Below, piece after piece: positions 62,112 to 64,000 of a stretch of DNA of 64,000 nt. The notes beneath the pieces were generated by a model, which was not told the DNA's origin, did no database searches, and was given only the letters and a program-made list of their open reading frames with translations. Source of the DNA: Bacteroidota bacterium (GTDB taxonomy: Bacteria > Bacteroidota > Bacteroidia > M30B66); the NCBI GenBank assembly GCA_027483445.1, contig JAIXUS010000008.1:60487-124486 (forward strand). Direction: 5' to 3'. Numbering within the stretch: the stretch's first letter is position 1; each line of letters opens with the position of its first letter. A program made the position numbers and the translations under genes.

Positions 62112-64000
62112 ATGCAAAAGATTGGTTTTCTATTCTCCACGTTGACGTTATTATTGAGTTCAGCCTGTTTGCCTCCTTCCAATCCTTATCCGGTGGAGCC
62201 TCCCGATACCATCGTGCAAAGAGCCGAAGCCTGGTCGGATTCGCTGGAAGATTACATCGAAGCCTGGACCCAAGGGCACGTTTCCGACAGTATTCCCGAT
62301 GAACTCATCCCGCAGGGCATAGAAGACAGCCGTAATTTTTATTTGAAAGACCCCGATCTGGTTACGCCCGGAGAAACCTGGGCCATCCGCAAGGCAAAAC
62401 CCATTAATAAAGATTCGCTGTATGCCGGCATTCCCGACCCGCGTGTAACCTATCTCTTTCTCGGAACGGCCCTCGCTCCATTTGGCAGCAAGCTGGTGAT
62501 TGAAGGGGAATTTCCGCATTGCCGCTTTTTTTCGATTCAGGCTTCGCCGCCTCTCAATGGCAAGGAGTATTACTCGCAGCGTCAATTTGGTCCGGCCGAA
62601 GTCTCGATTGTAGATGCCGACATTGAGCCCTTGCCGGGGCATACCAATCCGTTCAGGCCCGGGGCCGACCGAACTGCGCAGAACCGCTCGTATCGGGTCA
62701 CTTTTGATCTCACAACGGGCGATCCGGTAGCACTAAACGACACGGCATTTCAACATCCATATCGGTATCACACCAACAACCGAAAGGCGGCCATGCTGGT
62801 TTACCAAGGGCCTTTGGGGTATCAGACCATCGCCGGAACACCGCTGCCCGTGCAGGGCGACTGGAATTTGGGCTGTATATGGATTCGTTATTACGCCCCC
62901 GATGATCAGGTGGATGCCTTTGGTGGCGTGCCTTTACCGAAGGTGTATTATGAGTTGCCCAATGGCGAGAAGTATTTCATCGGTTCTAATTTTAGTAAGC
63001 TCCAACAGCGGGCTGATGCCACCATTGCCAATCGGGTTACGGCTCCCACACCCGGTGGAAGCGAAGGGCCTTCGGTGGGTTGGTTCAAAAGCTGGAGCAT
63101 AACGCGTTCTATTCTCAACGGTGTTTGTCAGAGTAACAACTGGAGTCGAATCGACAGCGGTGCACGGGTTCGCGATATTGATTTAGGATGGACGGGTAGG
63201 GGTGAGTTTCAGCCGCCGCCGGCCAACATCGAGCCACATGCTACCACCAACAACTACGCAACCTATTTAGGGAGAAACCTCACTGTGCCTGAGGGCAAGG
63301 TGGCCGTGCTTACCGGACGGTTACCGACATTTCCATCCACCCGAAACGGGGAACCGGAAATGGGTACCGGGCAAGTCAGGTATTGGAGCATTTGCGGCAT
63401 TGACCAGGATCCGCTTTCGCCGATGCCGGCCACTACGATTCATGCCATTAGCGACGATGAAGTGGTTACCGATGCGTTGAACAATTACGTAATTGTGTAT
63501 TCCCGCCCCGACGACCGTCCTTCAAATGCCCTGGCTTCTCGAGGCGTTAGCTGGGTGGATTGGGGAACGCAATCGACCATGGGCATTTTGATGCGATGGG
63601 TGAATATTGCCCCCGATTGGACCTTCCCGTTTGCGCCTCAGGAGCACAATTTAAGCTTTAGCATTAGTGATTGGGCGGCAACCTTGTACGATAGCACGCT
63701 GATAGGGGTGAACTGGAGACGTGGGTTTATGCAATGCTACCTGCCCAGGGTGCACCTGATGGACAAGGAAGAGTTCGAAGCCCTCACGATGGAACCAATC
63801 ACGGCTGAAGATGTTCCGGTTTGGGTGGACCCGGTTTACACGGCTGTTGGTCCCGCCGAGTCGCATTTGGCATCGGTCGTAGCCAGTTCGGTAGCCGATA
63901 CCGCAGCAGCTTCACAGCCTGAAAACGTGATTGACCGAAACATTACCACCTTTTGGGCGAGTGCCTTTGGCCAACAGGATGTGACCTTTACGGTAGATTT
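62112..64000 (+). CDS. Hypothetical lipoprotein, 3' partial (open to the window end); absent from the supplied ORF track
   Basis: Manual translation from the ATG at 62112 gives an uninterrupted frame of at least 629 codons. The N-terminal 'MQKIGFLFSTLTLLLSSAC' is a signal peptide with a lipobox-like Cys. Confidence 0.6.
   Translation, partial: MQKIGFLFSTLTLLLSSACLPPSNPYPVEPPDTIVQRAEAWSDSLEDYIEAWTQGHVSDSIPDELIPQGIEDSRNFYLKDPDLVTPGETWAIRKAKPINKDSLYAGIPDPRVTYLFLGTALAPFGSKLVIEGEFPHCRFFSIQASPPLNGKEYYSQRQFGPAEVSIVDADIEPLPGHTNPFRPGADRTAQNRSYRVTFDLTTGDPVALNDTAFQHPYRYHTNNRKAAMLVYQGPLGYQTIAGTPLPVQGDWNLGCIWIRYYAPDDQVDAFGGVPLPKVYYELPNGEKYFIGSNFSKLQQRADATIANRVTAPTPGGSEGPSVGWFKSWSITRSILNGVCQSNNWSRIDSGARVRDIDLGWTGRGEFQPPPANIEPHATTNNYATYLGRNLTVPEGKVAVLTGRLPTFPSTRNGEPEMGTGQVRYWSICGIDQDPLSPMPATTIHAISDDEVVTDALNNYVIVYSRPDDRPSNALASRGVSWVDWGTQSTMGILMRWVNIAPDWTFPFAPQEHNLSFSISDWAATLYDSTLIGVNWRRGFMQCYLPRVHLMDKEEFEALTMEPITAEDVPVWVDPVYTAVGPAESHLASVVASSVADTAAASQPENVIDRNITTFWASAFGQQDVTFTVD

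Overview
This window is a Bacteroidota-type chromosomal segment of mostly core housekeeping genes. The lineage call rests on several features: multiple T9SS C-terminal sorting domains, an LpxC-FabZ fusion, a PorX-type response regulator, an archaeal-type ProRS and TAnnTTTG-like promoter boxes. From start to end it holds an EEP-family hydrolase (5' partial), a stand-alone retropepsin-like protease, ndk, a PNP, lpxK, a Nif3/zinc-ribbon pair, an operon of a FadL-like outer-membrane protein with a bizarre low-complexity lipoprotein, proS, and a 3538-aa T9SS-secreted giant surface protein with internal module duplication. Next come a small T9SS-CTD protein, a SAM methyltransferase, gyrB and a secreted amine-oxidase cluster. 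A long non-coding region with phased palindromic iteron-like repeats precedes a DUF4143 AAA ATPase. Then follow ald, tsaE, porX, an HD hydrolase with lpxD-lpxC/fabZ-lpxA, a small ABC ATPase, a phosphoesterase, an Ldh_2 oxidoreductase and hpf. The classic tRNA(Thr-Tyr-Gly-Thr)-tuf-tRNA(Trp)-secE-nusG-rplKAJL-rpoBC block ends with a DUF3467 gene. After it lie a GH3/beta-lactamase fusion, a DCC oxidoreductase, a Crp/Fnr regulator and an open-ended lipoprotein ORF that the ORF track missed. The most unusual item is a roughly 150-180 nt conserved, apparently structured element present in two same-orientation copies (1554-1702 and 57812-57989) in unrelated intergenic regions. Its flanks are identical, its two internal inserts vary, and a C·A mismatch on the + strand becomes a valid U·G pair on the - strand; I cannot assign it to any known RNA family. 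All calls are from reading the sequence and translations; no database searches were run.
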